64,000 bases of DNA from the human T2T-CHM13v2.0 reference genome, Homo sapiens. Positions 60,328 to 64,000 of the stretch are shown one piece after another (the first letter of the stretch is position 1; each line of letters starts with the position of its first letter). The translations under genes and the position numbers were made by a program. The notes beneath the pieces are model-generated. The model did no database searches and was not told the DNA's origin. It saw nothing but the letters and a program-made list of their open reading frames with translations. The DNA lies in assembly GCF_009914755.1 (NCBI RefSeq), contig NC_060927.1; one strand, 5' to 3'.

Positions 60328-61136
60328 TAAGGATAATAGCTTCGAGCTCCATCCATGTCTCTGCAAAGGACATGATCTCATTTCTTTTAGTGGCTGCATA
60401 GTGTTCCATGGTGTATATGTACTACATTTTCTTTATTCAGTGTATAATAATGGGCATTTAGGTTGATTCCACATATTTGCTATTGTGAACAGTGCTGCTA
60501 TTGTAGAACAGTGTATGTACTACATTTTCTTTATTCAGTGTATCATTGATGGGCATTTAGGTTGATTCCACGTATTTGCTATTGTGAACAGTGCTGCAAT
60601 GAACACACACATGCATGTGTCTTTATAATAGAATGATTTATATTCCTTTGGGTATATACCCAGTAATGGGATTGCTGGGTCGAATGGTATTTTTAGTTCT
60701 AGGTCTTTGAGGAATTGCCACACTGTCTTCCACAATGGTTGAATTAATTTACACTCCCACCAACTGTGTAAAAGTGTTTCTTTTTCTCCACAACCTCGCC
60801 AGCATGTGTCATTTTTTGACTTTTTAATAATTGCCATTCTGACTGGTATGAGATGGTATCTCACTGTGGTTTGGATTTGCATTTATCTAATGACCAGTAA
60901 TGTTGAGCTTTTTTTCATGTGCTTGTTGGGAGAATGGATGTCTTCTTTTGAGAAGTGTCTGTTCATGTCCTTTGCCCACTTTTTAATGGGTTGTTTGTTT
61001 TTTAAGTTACTTGTAGATGCTGGATATTAGATCTTTGTCAGATGCATAGATTGCAAAAATTTTCTCCCATTCTGTAGGTTGCCTGTTTACTCTGTTGATA
61101 GTTTCTTTTGCTGTGCAGAAGCATTTAAATTTAATT
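60328..61136 (-). mobile_element. Antisense L1 (older L1PA/L1PB) ORF2 C-terminal fragment with an internal tandem duplication
   Basis: ORF 60535-60882(-) MQIQTT.RYHL.PVRMA...CWRGCGE...PFDPAIPLLGIYPK is the L1 ORF2 C-terminal Cys-rich region. Confidence 0.9.
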
Positions 61137-62300
61137 AGATGGACAAATTGGATGGCTTCAAGCTAAAAATCTTCTGCACAGCAAAGGAAGCAATCAGCAA
61201 AGTGAAGAGACAATACACAGAATAAGAGAAAATATTTGCAAGCCACCCATCTGACAAGACATTAATAATCAAAATACATAAGGAGCTTAAACAACTTACT
61301 AGCAAAAATCCAAATAATCTGATTGAAAAATGAGCAAAAGATCTGAATAGACTTTCTCCAAAGACATACAAATGGCAAACAGGCATATGAAAAAATACTC
61401 AACATCACTAATAATCAAGGAAATGCAATGCAAAACCACAATGAGATATCATCTCACCCCACTTAAAATGGCTTTTATCCAAAAGACAGGGAATAATGGA
61501 TGCTGGTGAGGATGTGGAGAAAGGGGAACCGACATACACTGTTGGTGGAAATGTAAATTGGTGCAGCCACTGTGGAAGACAGTATAGAGGTTCCCCAAAA
61601 AACTAAAAATAGAACTACCATATGATCCAGCAATTCCACTGCTGAGTATATATCCAAAAGAAAGGAGATCAACATATCAAAGAGACATCTGCACTACCAT
61701 GTTTATTGCGGCAGTATTCAGAATCAACCTAAGTGCCCATCAATGGATAAATGGATAAAGAAAATGTGCTATATATACACAATGGAATATTACTCAGTCA
61801 TAAAAAAGAGTGAAATCCTTTCATCTGCAGCAACATAGATGGAACTGGAGGTCATATGTTAAGTGAAATAAGCCAGGCACAGAAAGACAAATATTGCATG
61901 TGGTCACTCATATGTTAGAGCAAACAAAGTGGATCTCATGAAGATAGAGTGTAGATTGATGGTTACTAGAGGCTGGGAAGGGTAATGGGGGGGGGATGAA
62001 GAGAAGTTGATTAATGGTAAAACTGTACAAATGTATAGGTTGATAGAAGAAATAAGACCTAGTGTTAGGGGATCAGTAGGGTGACTATAGTCTATGATAA
62101 TCTATTGTATATTTTAAAATAGCTAGAAAAGAATAATTTGAATGTTTCTAGCATAAAAGACAAATATTTAAAGTGATCAATATCCTAAATACACTGATAT
62201 ATTCTTTACAAACTATATGAATGTATTAAATTGTCACATGTACCCTCAAACTATGTACATCTGTTATGCATCAATAAAACAAAATAAAAATATACATTGT
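61137..62300 (+). mobile_element. L1MA-type 3' end (probably the 3' end of the outer L1)
   Basis: ORF2 end followed by L1MA-like 3'UTR (GTGGATCTCATGAAGATAGAG...ATGTACCCTCAAACTATGTAC) and an A-rich tail. Confidence 0.8.
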
Positions 62301-63185
62301 GCCTATAGTTAACAATACTATATCATACACTTAAATTTTGCTGTTATTAATAAAATAAAAACAAAAATTTAAAAACATACAAATAAACAAAAAACACCTA
62401 CACACCCCCATAGCCCCAATCTCTAGCCTCAATCTCATAGTATGGTACAAACAAAAATTTTAATTATTAATAAAAAATAATCCTCCCAATAATGTGAAAT
62501 ATGTTGATAGGGTAAATTAAAGCTTTAACTATGGCTAACACCTGAGTAGGCTCCTTGAGGCACTGAGGAGGCAGATGGTTTAGATCAGTTTACCTGAGAG
62601 CTTCTACACTTCAAGGTGAATTAATAGATAAGGATTAGACGAATATTTTGCTTATTAAACAAACCTTCAGAAAGTGCTCACTTAATGTGAACAATGTTTT
62701 AAGCATCTCAAATGAAAATTCATTATCTTATTATTTGAGCTCCACTTTACAAATGAGGAAATAGAGGCCCAGAGAGGTAGAATAATTTTTCCAAGGTCAC
62801 ATAGTTAGTGGATGGAAGAGCTAAGAAACTGCGGGAATCTTCAGGTAAGGCCTATAGGATCCCGAGTGGCTTAATCTCATGAACTTTGGAAACTGACCCA
62901 CCAGTCTCACTTCCGGACTAGGACCTCATAGTGAGAAGAAATGGCTGAGATTGCAGTCAAAATGTAGCAGGATAGGAACAATGAGGAAGGAAAGAGAAGC
63001 CCAGACTAAAGTGGGAGAGGGGAATAGAGTCAGGGAATCTCTGAGAATGAACTGCCATATTTTAAACAATCGAGGTTATAAAAGCTGTCTGAATCAACCT
63101 TCCTCCTTAAAGTTCTGGAAAACTAAATTCACATGAAAATGAACAACAGAGAAATATTGAGGTCGGATTCCATACAAAGTTGTTA

Positions 63186-63512
63186 AGGCTGAGTATGTCT
63201 TATCCGAAATGCTTGGAATTAGAAGTGTTTCAGATTTAGGGTTCTTTTGGATTTTGGAATATTTGCATATACATAATGAGATATCTTGGGAATGGGACCC
63301 AAATTTCAACACAAAATTTATTTATGTTTCATATATGCCTTAGGCACATCACCCGAAAGTGATTTTAAACAATATTTTAAATAAGTTTGTGCAGGTAACA
63401 AAGTTTGTGGTAAGTACTTATGTGTAGAATTTTCTACTTGTGGCATCAGGTTGGCACACAAAAAGTTCTGGATATTGGAGCATTTTGGATTTCAGATTTT
63501 TGGATTAGGGAT
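63186..63512 (+). mobile_element. Tigger4b/MER46B-like element
   Basis: AGGCTGAGTATGTCTTATCCGAAATGCTTGG...GATTTTTGGATTAGGGATG. Confidence 0.75.
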
Positions 63513-64000
63513 GTATAAGAAAAAAAGAAAAAAGAGTAAAATAACATCTATACATACAATAAAAGTATGCCAAAAAGACATACTCAAAAAACAGGTCCAA
63601 AGTACTGCATTATTTCAAAATGAAGTAAAAGACGTTAAGAAAATTATATAATGAATGAAAGAATAAAATTAATTCAAATTCAAAAATGAAGTGGCAGAAA
63701 TCAAGAATGGATTAAAAATTACAGTAGCAGAATTTGGGTTCCCACTCGAGGGGCCGGCTCTACTGAGAACCACACCTCAGGCCCTACTGGAGCTACCTCC
63801 AGTGTTATTAATGAAGGAGCTGAGTTTCTTTACTTTTAAAAGTGGCTTTAAAATATTTTAAAATAATAAATATTGTTGAGTGATTGTAGTAAAGATAACT
63901 AAATAAAATATGAAAAATTAATTTTAGAATGTTGTGGCTGCTTCAGTAGAAAATTAAAATTTAAATCTCAAGCCCTGCACTTTTAATCCAAAGACTGTGG

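Overview
Primate (very likely human) genomic DNA: it carries Alu, LTR12 and L1PA elements, and the gene context matches what I recall for the KPNA4 locus at 3q25. The minus strand holds the 5' half of KPNA4 (importin alpha-3). Coding exon 1 (31829-31897) lies in a CpG island, followed by a 28.4-kb intron 1 and exons 2-5 (3406-3450, 2418-2507, 2271-2300, 2123-2175); the gene runs off the left edge. Upstream, head-to-head, are a near-full-length processed KRT8 pseudogene with TSDs, a solo LTR12 (ERV9) pointing toward KPNA4, and a ~15-kb nested L1 cluster containing a processed RPL6 pseudogene. Most ORFs in the track are repeat or GC-island artefacts. I found no evidence for a new protein-coding system. 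The most unusual signals are: (i) several short local templated copies with junction scars (an Alu fragment copied from a neighbouring Alu, a CpG-decayed copy of island sequence beside the KRT8 retrocopy, an inverted copy of the empty target site at the RPL6 retrocopy 3' end, and a fold-back duplication at 38.9-39.5 kb); (ii) a consensus 5' splice site inside the KPNA4 5'UTR plus an in-frame ATG in exon 2, which could give an IBB-truncated importin alpha-3; (iii) an LTR12 promoter co-oriented with KPNA4. Repeat family names and boundaries were assigned by eye and are approximate.
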